From: a bacterium
GTDB lineage: Bacteria; Zhuqueibacterota; Zhuqueibacteria; Zhuqueibacterales; Zhuqueibacteraceae
Direction: 5' to 3'
Assembly (NCBI GenBank): GCA_044869275.1
Contig: JBIOXB010000195.1
Span: 17,456-81,455 of the forward strand
DNA: 64,000 bases
The notes below the pieces were generated by a model. The model searched no databases, was not told the DNA's origin, and saw nothing but the letters and a program-made list of their open reading frames with translations. The position numbers were made by a program, and so were the translations under genes. Of this stretch, positions 1 to 8,748 are shown in pieces (position 1 is the stretch's first letter; each line of letters begins with the position of its first letter).

Positions 1-292
1 CCGCTTTCGGACGGATGGGCAGGCCGAAGCTGAGATAAGCGAAGGAGCGATCCAGCGGCATGGTGCGCAGCGAAGTCGTCAATTCGATGTTTTGAAACAG
101 CGCCACGCTCGCCGGATTGAAAAATGCTGATTCATTGCCCTCGACCATCGCCACATAAGCGCGGCCCATGGCTTCCGAGCGTGCGCCGACACCTTGGCGC
201 AAAAATGCGCCGGCATAACCGCCTTGCGCCAGGGCGTTTTCAAAAAGCAAAAAGCAAAAGGCAAAAAGCAAGCAGAGCAAACGAGAGATCAT
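1..292 (-). CDS. PorV/PorQ (UPF0164)-like outer-membrane protein, 5' part; runs off the window edge
   Basis: Not in the ORF track because it has no stop in the window. Manual translation from ATG 292 (alternative in-frame ATG 322): MISRLLCLLFAFCFLLFENALAQGGYAGAFLRQGVGARSEAMGRAYVAMVEGNESAFFNPAS..., i.e. a signal peptide plus the 'FL..GVGAR..AMG.A..A......FNPA' motif of PorV/FadL-like barrels. Confidence 0.75.
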   Translation of the reverse strand, partial: MISRLLCLLFAFCFLLFENALAQGGYAGAFLRQGVGARSEAMGRAYVAMVEGNESAFFNPASVALFQNIELTTSLRTMPLDRSFAYLSFGLPIRPKA

Positions 293-313
293 ATGTAATC
301 TTCCGCAGTTCGG

Positions 314-452
314 TAGATTCATAGATTCATGGATTGGTGGATTTCTGGATCATTGGATAAATGGAATTCCTCCGTCGATCAATCCATCAATCCACTAATC
401 CATTAATCCAGCGATCCAGCGATACACCAATCCAGTGATCCATTCATCCATT
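314..452. repeat. Inverted pair of degenerate 8-bp tandem arrays (TGGATnnn / nnATCCAn) forming a long imperfect hairpin
   Basis: Left arm 314-366: tagattca tagattca tggattgg tggatttc tggatcat tggataaa. Right arm 380-452: caatccat caatccac taatccat taatccag cgatccag cgatacac caatccag tgatccat tcatccat. Confidence 0.85.
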
Positions 453-1913
453 TCATCTCACCACCATTAATTTGCGTACCGTCTGTTGCACTCCGGAGGC
501 GAGCTTGAAAAAATAAACCCCGCTCGTTGCCGGCGCGCCGCGTTGGTCGAGGCCGTTCCAGCGCGCGGTGAACTTGCCGGGACGATAGACTTCATCGACC
601 AGTGTCCGGACTTCCCTGCCCAATAGGTCATAAACTTTCAACGTCACGCGTTCGGACGAGCGTTCGGACGGCAGCTCATACTGCATAATCGTTTCCACCT
701 TCGAGGCGGCAAGCCGCAACGGATTCGGATAAGCCGGGCTCAGCTCGAAGCGCCGTGGCTGCTCCGCTGAGTGCGCCGGGGTAGTGACGCGAGTGGGTAC
801 TTCAAGGCGCAAAACATACAAACCAGTCTGCATGTCGGAAACCACAAAATTGCCTGAGGCGAAATGAGGGAACACCCCCCAGTCGCCGGCAAAGCCAGAG
901 CCCGGCTGCGGATAAGTGTCGTACGAACCCACTTCCACCGGCGCGCGCGGATTCGAGATATCCAAGACCTTGACGCCTTCGACATAGTGGGAAATGTAGG
1001 CATAGCTGCCTTGGACATGCACATTGTGCGCAATTTGAGCAGTATTGCCGAGGTATTCCGCCACCAGTTCGATATTGTTGTCATTCGAGGGATCTTGGTC
1101 CCACAGCACGCGAATGTCCCAAAACTTGACGGTTCTGCCCGTGCTTTCGTCGGTGGTGATCAAATAACTTCCATCCTCCGTCGTGCCGGAATTGTGCGAG
1201 GCGCCGCCGGGATACTCAATCGAGGTGAGCAGTCTCGGCTTGGCGCGATCGGTGAGATCGAGGATATCGACGCGGCCGCCATCTTGGATGTTGCTATTGA
1301 ACAACAGATGGTTTTTAACGAAAGAATCGTGCACGTAACGCTCGGCAAAAAACCCGACGGGAGCCGGCGCAGCAGGATTGGCGAGGCTCAAAATGCGAAT
1401 GCCGCCGCGATGCGCGCCCGCGCCTTCGGTCGAAGTGCCGCCTTGAATGTAAAGATAACCTTCGCTGTCGATAGAAACGCTGTGTGCGCGCGCGGAGGCT
1501 GCGGTCACTCCCGGCCAGCGATAGGAAGTGTAGGAAACCTGTGGCAATTTGGAGAGATCGACGATTTGCACACCGGAGAATTCATTGGGCGTGGTGGCTT
1601 CGCTGACGACGTAAGCATAATGCGACCAGGTTTTGATCTCGCGCCAGGCCGTTGGCCCGGGGCCAGGGACGAATGCCGTTTCCACCGGCTGGCGTGGATT
1701 GCTGATATCTATAATCGACAAGCCGGTGCTTGCCCCCAGCAAGGCGTATTCTTTGCCCTGAGCGTTGGTATAACCCCAAATATTCGAATATCCTTGATAG
1801 CTGTGCAAATGCCCCAGTAGCGCGACGTTACTGTTTCCTCCGGAACCGGTTTGCGCCGAACCTTGAACGCAAAAAAAAGACACGGCAAAAAACAATGCAG
1901 TGAAGAAACGCAT
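453..1913 (-). CDS. Secreted choice-of-anchor B / LVIVD-repeat beta-propeller protein with C-terminal FlgD-Ig (T9SS CTD-like) domain
   Basis: Signal peptide MRFFTALFFAV after SD ggaga (ATG 1913); 'YSNIWGY...EYAL', 'WREIKT...YAYVVSE', LSIIDIS/VQIVDLS/VKVLDIS repeats, 'WGVFPH'; C-terminal 'AYPNP...VTLKVYDLLGREVRTLV...W.G.D..G....SGVYF'. Confidence 0.85.
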   Translation of the reverse strand: MRFFTALFFAVSFFCVQGSAQTGSGGNSNVALLGHLHSYQGYSNIWGYTNAQGKEYALLGASTGLSIIDISNPRQPVETAFVPGPGPTAWREIKTWSHYAYVVSEATTPNEFSGVQIVDLSKLPQVSYTSYRWPGVTAASARAHSVSIDSEGYLYIQGGTSTEGAGAHRGGIRILSLANPAAPAPVGFFAERYVHDSFVKNHLLFNSNIQDGGRVDILDLTDRAKPRLLTSIEYPGGASHNSGTTEDGSYLITTDESTGRTVKFWDIRVLWDQDPSNDNNIELVAEYLGNTAQIAHNVHVQGSYAYISHYVEGVKVLDISNPRAPVEVGSYDTYPQPGSGFAGDWGVFPHFASGNFVVSDMQTGLYVLRLEVPTRVTTPAHSAEQPRRFELSPAYPNPLRLAASKVETIMQYELPSERSSERVTLKVYDLLGREVRTLVDEVYRPGKFTARWNGLDQRGAPATSGVYFFKLASGVQQTVRKLMVVR

Positions 1914-2115
1914 ATATTCTCCAAATGCTGGGATACCGCTGAGAATTTGCGATTTGATCTGGTTAGCAGCCGAGCCGATTGGCACAGATGTGCAACAGGA
2001 ATTTTGCCCGCGATAGATCGATCGTCGTAACAAGTATTATGCTTCGGCTCCTGTAGCGGAAGGGAAAATGCTTGAGGTGTGGCAGATGGTGTTGCGCATT
2101 TTAGCCGTCCTTGCA

Positions 2116-2853
2116 CTAATCTTCGACGTCCAAATCGGTCTGCGGCAAATAATCTTCCTGCGGGCGCGCGATCTGAGGCTGATCCGCACGCGCCGGTCTT
2201 TCCAGTGCGCTGACGAAGGCCGGGAAGCGCCGGCGCAATTCCCAAAAATCCGATACGATGAATTCGGCCTGGCGCAGATGATAAGGCGCCAGCGTCGAAG
2301 TGATGGCAACCACAGACATGCCCGCCGCTTTCGCGGAAGAGATTCCCAGCGGCGCGTTTTCAATGACCAGACACGCCGAAGGCGTGCAACCCAGTTTTTG
2401 CGCGCCGCGAATATAGGGCTCGGGATCGGGCTTGCCGTATTCTACGTCTTCGGCGGCAACCAAACAGTCGAAAAAACTCATCATTTCCAGGCCCAACACG
2501 GGCTCGACTTGCGCGCGCACCGAGCCGGTGACAATGCCCAGGCGATAGCGCTGCTCTTTGAGATACTCGAGCAGTTCCAGCACGCCGTCATTCATCGTTG
2601 TTTGATGAATCGCCAGATAAAGGTCCCGTTTTTCGTTGACGATTTGCTGCACCAACTCGGGCGAGGCCGGTTTACGGTGGCGATGGCACAACTCGGCAGC
2701 CACTTCCATCGTCGTGGCGCCTTCCTGCAAATAAATCTCCAATGGGTCGACGGCAACGCCGTAACGTGCCATGACTTCCTGCCAGGCTTGCACGTGATAC
2801 GGCATGCTGTTGACGAGCACACCGTCGTGATCGAACAGAATGGCATTGATCAA
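2116..2853 (-). CDS. HAD-family phosphatase (beta-PGM/CbbY-like)
   Basis: Motif I FDHDGVLVNS, GKPDPEPY, VIENAPLGI; TTG start with SD ggagga. Confidence 0.9.
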   Translation of the reverse strand: MINAILFDHDGVLVNSMPYHVQAWQEVMARYGVAVDPLEIYLQEGATTMEVAAELCHRHRKPASPELVQQIVNEKRDLYLAIHQTTMNDGVLELLEYLKEQRYRLGIVTGSVRAQVEPVLGLEMMSFFDCLVAAEDVEYGKPDPEPYIRGAQKLGCTPSACLVIENAPLGISSAKAAGMSVVAITSTLAPYHLRQAEFIVSDFWELRRRFPAFVSALERPARADQPQIARPQEDYLPQTDLDVED

Positions 2854-3020
2854 GTGGTCTCCTCCATACTTGCCTTAAGCTGCCGGACGACGTTGACTTC
2901 ATTTTCGTAAGCTGACAGCCATTCCTGTGATACCGCATGCCACAACCGGTGTGGATTATACTCCGTATGCGGGTTCTGCGTTTCACCATAAGTTAGAATT
3001 TTCGCGCAATTCCGCAAGCT

Positions 3021-4031
3021 TCAAATTGCGGCCTCGATCCAGCCGGTTTGCAGCCCGCGATGATTGTGCACTGGTATACGACGATAACTGGACATCTGTT
3101 CAAGTTCCTGCGGCGAGAGCACCTGCAGTTTTTCCAGAACGGCTAATACGATCGCAGGCAGGCCGCGGGCAGAGCCATCCACGACTTTCACCGCCATTCC
3201 CAGCGGCTCGGGCCCGTCAATGGCGATGCACTCCACGCCCTCAGCCCCGGTTTTGGCGAGAATGCGGCCGCGTGTCGCACGCATGATACCAGTGTCAAAA
3301 CGACCTTCGCCTGCGATCATCTCGGGATGTTTCACAAAAGCGAGAACGATGCGATGCGGAATCGTATCTTGCGAGCCGATCAACGCCGCATACAGGCGCG
3401 CCAGGTTGAAAACCGGCATGGCATAATTGGGAGCGCTGCAGCCATCAAGGCCGGTGGCGATACGCTCCCTGGGCAAATCCGCCCAATGCGAAATGGAGCT
3501 TAAGATCGTTTGTTGGTGCGGATGGTCGGGATCGAGATAGCTTTCCAGCGGCCAGCCGCGATTGACGCATGCGGCAATCATGCCGGCATGCTTGCCGGAG
3601 CAATTGTTGTGCAGCACCGTCGGCTGGATGCCGTTGGCGGCGAGTTGTTCGGCCACCGTCGCACCCAAAGGCACATGCACGCCGCATTGCAAATCTGCCG
3701 CGGAACGCCCGCACTTCTTCAGAATATTCGCGACCGCAGCGACATGCCGTTCCTCGCCGTTGTGGCTCGACATGATGACGGCCATTTCACTGTCGTCGAG
3801 TTCAAAGACCTCAGGTACGGCATCGGTGTATAAGGGAATCGCTTGAAAAGGCTTGGCCGCAGAACGAATGTACGTCACAAATTGCGGATCGCCGAACGCG
3901 AGCACGAGTTTGCCGGCGCGATCGACCACAGCGACATGGCCGAAATGCTGGCTTTCAATCGTGCTGCCGCGCATCACGTTTGCAAGCAAGGCAGACACGA
4001 GCGAGGGCACCCTTCTTAACTTGATGGTCAA
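3021..4031 (-). CDS. L-asparaginase II (Rhizobium etli-type, class 3)
   Basis: RSAAKPFQA, SHNGEERH, NNCSGKHAG, DGCSAP and AKTGAEG family motifs. True start may be GTG near 4010. Confidence 0.9.
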   Translation of the reverse strand: MTIKLRRVPSLVSALLANVMRGSTIESQHFGHVAVVDRAGKLVLAFGDPQFVTYIRSAAKPFQAIPLYTDAVPEVFELDDSEMAVIMSSHNGEERHVAAVANILKKCGRSAADLQCGVHVPLGATVAEQLAANGIQPTVLHNNCSGKHAGMIAACVNRGWPLESYLDPDHPHQQTILSSISHWADLPRERIATGLDGCSAPNYAMPVFNLARLYAALIGSQDTIPHRIVLAFVKHPEMIAGEGRFDTGIMRATRGRILAKTGAEGVECIAIDGPEPLGMAVKVVDGSARGLPAIVLAVLEKLQVLSPQELEQMSSYRRIPVHNHRGLQTGWIEAAI

Positions 4032-4189
4032 AACCGCGGCTGGAGCTTTCCAGTATCATGCCCTCCCGCAAAGGACAAGAGCTTTTCAGAACATACGCCG
4101 TGCGCGATACTCAGCAGAAACCGCACCGGACAACAGTGCGGTGAGGCGCAGCGAAGGAGCTTCCAATGGGAAGAAAGGCGCTGAATGGC

Positions 4190-4489
4190 TCAGCCGTTTT
4201 GTTGCTTGAATTTCGAGACTGCACTGCGAAAAGAACTTTTCAGCTCGGTCCAGCTTTTTTCCATGCCTGTTCTCAGATCGTCCCAGGCTTCGTCGCTGGC
4301 TCCCTGCAATTCTTTGAACTTGCTTTGTGCGGCTTCCTTTTTAACCCGCAACTCTTCGAGCTGTTTTTGAAACTCCGCTTTGGCGCCCGCCTTGGCGCGA
4401 TCGGCTTTGAGCTTCAAATCATCCATTTCCGTGTCCCACTCCTGCAATTGCTGCGCCAGCTTCTGCAGATAGGATTTTTTGTCTTCCAT
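4190..4489 (-). CDS. Small coiled-coil protein (Sll1863-like)
   Basis: MEDKKSYLQKLAQQLQEWD...AWDDLRTGMEKSW; SD aaggag before ATG 4489. Confidence 0.75.
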   Translation of the reverse strand: MEDKKSYLQKLAQQLQEWDTEMDDLKLKADRAKAGAKAEFQKQLEELRVKKEAAQSKFKELQGASDEAWDDLRTGMEKSWTELKSSFRSAVSKFKQQNG

Positions 4490-4634
4490 AAAACAATCTC
4501 CTTTCCCTATAATGCCCAAATATTAAAAAATGCAAACTCCAATGCGCATCCTGGCGGAAGCGAACGTCGATCTCGGGCTCTTGCTCTTCAGGCGCCATGC
4601 ACAGGCTCCCGGTTGGAGGCACGACCACAGGAGT

Positions 4635-5345
4635 TCATCGTATCAGCGCGATCATATCGCGCACAGCGCGCTCCATTCCCACCATCACCGCGCGTGCCAC
4701 CAACGCGTGGCCGATGTTCAGCTCCTCGATTTGCGGCGTGGCCGCGATTTCGCGCACGTTCTGATAATTCAGGCCGTGCCCCGCGCTCACGCCCAAGCGC
4801 AGCTTGCTGGCCGCGACCGCGATCGAGCGAATCTTCTCCAATTCTTCGTTGATCGCATTCAAGCTTTCTGCCCGGGAATAGGCACCGGTGTGCAGTTCGA
4901 CGTAATCCGCGCCCACGCGTGCCGCCGTTTTGATTTGCTGAATATCCGGCGCAATAAACAAGCTCACGACGATGCTATGCGCGTGCAAAATGGTGATGGC
5001 TTCGGTGATGTATTCCTGGTTCGCGGCCACATCGAGACCGCCTTCGGTGGTCAGCTCTTCGCGCCGTTCGGGCACCAGCGTGACCATGTCGGGCACGACC
5101 TCCGCGGCGATTTTGACCATCTCGTCTGTCGCCGCCATTTCCAGATTGAGATGCGTCTTGACGACTTCTTTCAAAAGATAAAGGTCTTTGTCTTTGATGT
5201 GGCGGCGATCCTCCCGCAAATGGCAAACCACGCCGTCTGCCCCCGCCATCTCCGCCGCAATCGCCGCGGCAACAGGATCCGGAACACGATCTTTTCGTGC
5301 TTCACGCAAAGTCGCCACATGATCCACATTCACACCCAAACGCAT
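4635..5345 (-). CDS. pdxJ: Pyridoxine 5'-phosphate synthase
   Basis: MRLGVNVDHVATLREAR, HLREDRRHI, VELHTG, AGHGLNY, ELNIGH; SD ggagg before ATG 5345. Confidence 0.97.
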   Translation of the reverse strand: MRLGVNVDHVATLREARKDRVPDPVAAAIAAEMAGADGVVCHLREDRRHIKDKDLYLLKEVVKTHLNLEMAATDEMVKIAAEVVPDMVTLVPERREELTTEGGLDVAANQEYITEAITILHAHSIVVSLFIAPDIQQIKTAARVGADYVELHTGAYSRAESLNAINEELEKIRSIAVAASKLRLGVSAGHGLNYQNVREIAATPQIEELNIGHALVARAVMVGMERAVRDMIALIR

Positions 5346-5391
5346 CTCGCCTTCCTCCTCAGATGAAGCACTTCGTACCGCATTAAATTTT

Positions 5392-5452
5392 GCCCACGGA
5401 AATGGAACTCCCACTGAAATGAAAAGCTTCTTTCCGTTCCATTTCCGTGGGC
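5392..5452. repeat. Perfect 17-bp inverted repeat (hairpin element)
   Basis: gcccacggaaatggaac (5392-5408) and gttccatttccgtgggc (5436-5452). Confidence 0.85.
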
Positions 5453-5494
5453 TGAACTTCCAGAATTTTATTCTATGTTTGATTGCCTAAGCGC

Positions 5495-6670
5495 CTATTG
5501 CATGACCGTCGAAAACTGTTGCACCTGCCCACGGATCAATTCTTCCACCGGCACCAGGTCAAAGCCGCGGCGCTGCAATTGCGGCACAACTTCCTGCAGC
5601 ACCTGCAAGGTGACGCGATGCGGGTGGCCGATGCCGATGGCGGCGCCGCGCACACCGGCAGCCCCGGCCAGATAAGCCAGCTTTTTCCTGACATATTCCG
5701 CATCTTCGACGGTATCCAGGAAAGTATCATTCAAACCGGAGTCCAAGCCCTGTTTTTGAGCCAGGGCGTACGCGCGCGTCTCCGGCGTAGTACGGCTGTC
5801 CAAAAAAAAGAAGCCGGACGCCTTTAATTCCGCGAAGGCCGCGCCGAGCAGCGCTTCATTTTGCGTGGCGCGCGAGCCCATGTGATTGTTCATGCCCTGG
5901 GCTCCGGGAATCGCGGCGATGGCTTGGCGTACTCGGCTGCGGATTTCTTCCGGCGAAGAAGCGACCAATAGCTCGTAGCCGTTCTGTTCCACCTTTCTTT
6001 CCAAAGCCTCCATTGGCATGTGCACAATGACGGCTTTGCCGGCCCGCTGCAGCTCTTGCGCCAGGGCCGTGGAATGAGGCAGGCCGGGAATGATGGCGTA
6101 GGTGACCGTGAACGGCAAGGCAACGAACTGCGCGACCACTTGGTCATCGTTGTAGCCGAAATCATCGATGACGATCGCGATCTTGCCCGCGGGCTGATCC
6201 AGCTTTGCGTCCGGCGTCAATCGAATGGTATCGACGCGGCGGCCGGACAGCGTGCACACCAGTTCCTTTTCTCCCGGCAACAGATCATGGCTGGTGCCCT
6301 GCACTTCGGCGCCCGATTGCAGCGCGCGCGCAATCATTTTCTGATAGAGCTCACCGAGATTTACGCTGGCCGGTACGCGCACTCGGCGCAAGTTTTTTTT
6401 CTCTTCAATCCAGGCGGGCGCAACGCCGTTTTCCAGCAGCACACGGTCCATTTCCAGCCGCAAGCGCTGCTCGCGCGCCAGCGCCTTGGTTGCGCCTGCC
6501 AGGTGGAATGTTTCTCTTTGACTTCTGACTTTTGACTGGAGATAATAATCGAGCCCGACCAGCACCGCCATGACCAAAAGGAAAATAAAAATCATCATCT
6601 GCTGCCAGCCGGGGAACCTCCATTTGGAACGCCGCAGCGTTTGGCGGGCAATGCGAGTGAAGCGCTTCAT
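5495..6670 (-). CDS. Divergent polysaccharide deacetylase (YibQ family) with N-terminal membrane anchor
   Basis: IAIVIDDFG, VHMPME, GMNNHMGS, FFLDSRT, FLD, AIGIGHP; N-terminal TM helix. Confidence 0.9.
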   Translation of the reverse strand: MKRFTRIARQTLRRSKWRFPGWQQMMIFIFLLVMAVLVGLDYYLQSKVRSQRETFHLAGATKALAREQRLRLEMDRVLLENGVAPAWIEEKKNLRRVRVPASVNLGELYQKMIARALQSGAEVQGTSHDLLPGEKELVCTLSGRRVDTIRLTPDAKLDQPAGKIAIVIDDFGYNDDQVVAQFVALPFTVTYAIIPGLPHSTALAQELQRAGKAVIVHMPMEALERKVEQNGYELLVASSPEEIRSRVRQAIAAIPGAQGMNNHMGSRATQNEALLGAAFAELKASGFFFLDSRTTPETRAYALAQKQGLDSGLNDTFLDTVEDAEYVRKKLAYLAGAAGVRGAAIGIGHPHRVTLQVLQEVVPQLQRRGFDLVPVEELIRGQVQQFSTVMQ

Positions 6671-7311
6671 CGCACGAACGCGATTTTAAGCGCGCTCCAG
6701 GTTTGCACCGGGCCAGTGGCAAAATCCACCCAGCGCAGAATCGACCATTCTCCATAGGAATCTTTCAGCAGCCAAAAGCGCAATTCGCCTTTGACGCGGC
6801 CGGGCACGCCTGCGGCCTGGCGGCGATGGCGCGCAGTCAGATCGTAGCCATAAAAAAACTGCGCCGAGTCGCCAAACAGGTTGGTCTGCAGCGAATCCAG
6901 CCGCAACGCACAAAGCGAATCAAAAGGCAAGGCGACGCGCAATTGCGAAAAATAATCCCTTTCTTGAACCAACCCCCAATCCACAAACGCACCGGGATTA
7001 TTGTTCGCCACTGTGATTTCCGGATCGAACCTGAAGCTGCGGCCCACGCGCGACACCTCGGAGAAACAGCGCACATAGTTTTCCACGTTGCGGTCGGCGA
7101 TGGCATTACGCAAATTTTCGATGACCACTTCCGCCGAGAACGGCGGAATCCAGCGGCTGCCCAGGCCTTCAGGAGGCTCGGGCGTGCGTGTGACAAACGG
7201 GTTCTCACAAGCGATTGATATGCAAAGGACGCTCGCAAAAAAAATCAGGCGACTTGGCGACAGGAGGCCGCGGTCTTCATCCCGCGTTGTGTGCCGTCGT
7301 AACATTGCCAT
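6667..7311 (-). CDS. Hypothetical lipoprotein (possible NTF2-like fold)
   Basis: Hydrophobic stretch ending SIAC-ENPF (lipobox); ATGA overlap with the downstream gene. Start is uncertain. Confidence 0.6.
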   Translation of the reverse strand: MAMLRRHTTRDEDRGLLSPSRLIFFASVLCISIACENPFVTRTPEPPEGLGSRWIPPFSAEVVIENLRNAIADRNVENYVRCFSEVSRVGRSFRFDPEITVANNNPGAFVDWGLVQERDYFSQLRVALPFDSLCALRLDSLQTNLFGDSAQFFYGYDLTARHRRQAAGVPGRVKGELRFWLLKDSYGEWSILRWVDFATGPVQTWSALKIAFVR

Positions 7312-7464
7312 CAATATACAGTATGCCGGGCAAGAGATCAAGGCTTAAATTCCAGCATTGACGCGCCCGCGAGCAATTCTTCGCTTGTTTCTTCATCCAT
7401 AATTATTTATTTTCATCGCGGGAAATGAACAGGAATCTTGCCTTCACATTTGTCCGATTGCCAT

Positions 7465-8463
7465 ATGAATTTCTGCCCGCATTGTGCCACTCCCCTGCCC
7501 AGAGAGAATGACGCGGCGCGAAATATTTTGGCTTGCCCGAATTGCTCATGGCGCCATTGGAACAATCCCGTTCCCGCAGCCGGGTGTTTGATTGAAGACA
7601 GCGGCAAGATTCTCCTGATTCTGCGCAAGAATCAGCCGGCCGCCGGCATGTGGAGCCTGCCGGTTGGCTTTCTGCATTACGGCGAAACCCTGGAAGAATG
7701 CGCCACGCGAGAAACCGAGGAAGAAACTGGATTGCGCGTCGAGCCGGTCGCCCTCATCGGCAGTTATAGCGACATCATCGACGCGCATCGCAGCCACGTC
7801 GTTTCGATTTATCGCGGCCGCATCATTGCCGGAGAACTGCGCGCAGGTGACGATGCGGAGGACGTGCGCTGGTTCTCCATGCAGCATTTGCCCGAGCTGG
7901 CCTTTCCCTCCGGCCAAAGCGCGATTACCCAATGGCTCTCGATTCGCAACGGACCGGTCAATGCGGTTTATTTTTGTCCGCGCTGCCGCGGTCCGCTGGA
8001 AAAGCGTTTCATCGGCCTGCACGAATATCCCGCCTGTCCCACCTGCCATTATATTCATTTCCGCAATCCCATTCCGCTCGTGGCCGCGATCGTGACCGAC
8101 GCCGAGCACCGCATATTGCTGGTGAAAAGAAAACTTCCTCCCCGCATCGGCGACTGGGCTTTGCCGGGCGGCTATATCGATTTCGGCGAGACTTCGGAGG
8201 AAGCGGCGCAACGCGAAGTGCGCGAAGAAACCGGCTTGGAAGTGAAAGTCACGCGCTACTTTTTTTCGGCGAACTTTCCCAGCCCGCTCAACGCGGAGCA
8301 ATATCTTTTGAAGATCGTGTTCGTCGCGGAAACCACCGGCGGCGTGTTGCAAGCCGGAGACGATGCCAGCGATGCGCGTTTCTTCGCATCGGCCGAGGTG
8401 CCACCGAATCTAGCGCATGAGAATGAATGGGAGGTGATTAGGACGTGGAAGGAAAGAAATTGA
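7465..8463 (+). CDS. Tandem double (zinc-ribbon + Nudix) hydrolase
   Basis: FCPHC..CPNC then GFLHYGETLEECATRETEEETGL; second unit FCPRC..CPTC then GYIDFGETSEEAAQREVREETGL. Confidence 0.9.
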   Translation: MNFCPHCATPLPRENDAARNILACPNCSWRHWNNPVPAAGCLIEDSGKILLILRKNQPAAGMWSLPVGFLHYGETLEECATRETEEETGLRVEPVALIGSYSDIIDAHRSHVVSIYRGRIIAGELRAGDDAEDVRWFSMQHLPELAFPSGQSAITQWLSIRNGPVNAVYFCPRCRGPLEKRFIGLHEYPACPTCHYIHFRNPIPLVAAIVTDAEHRILLVKRKLPPRIGDWALPGGYIDFGETSEEAAQREVREETGLEVKVTRYFFSANFPSPLNAEQYLLKIVFVAETTGGVLQAGDDASDARFFASAEVPPNLAHENEWEVIRTWKERN

Positions 8464-8680
8464 GCTCCTTCACATCACCTGGTAGAATTCTTTGCCCTCA
8501 TAAACATCCAAATACTTTTTTCGCCGGGAAATGAAATTCTTCAAACTTATCTCCTTTGTCACCCATCGCTCTTGCCTGTCAAAAGAATGCTAATTTGGCA
8601 TGATTTCACCTCCTGATATATTGGAACGCATGCGAAGATATTCAAGAACGCATAAGACAGCAAAAGAAGATTGGTGCCCG

Positions 8681-8716
8681 TGACATTTTTTTACATCTTT
8701 TGACCTTGCCCTGACA
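8681..8716 (+). promoter_or_regulatory. Putative OmpR-family operator (four T(G/T)AC(A/C) repeats) upstream of the kinase/regulator operon
   Basis: TGACA 8681, TTACA 8691, TGACC 8701, TGACA 8712; same spacing as the site at 11337-11372. Confidence 0.6.
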
Positions 8717-8748
8717 CGCCTTTTATACAAATGCTTTAAATTACCGCG

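Noticed and set aside
79..264. 61-aa ORF from the track
   Set aside because: Wrong frame; the PorV-like reading frame overlapping it has a signal peptide and family motif.
314..452. Repeat arrays (also 58208-58360, 60462-60573) as CRISPR
   Set aside because: Units are 7-8 bp, degenerate, with no unique spacers and no cas genes.
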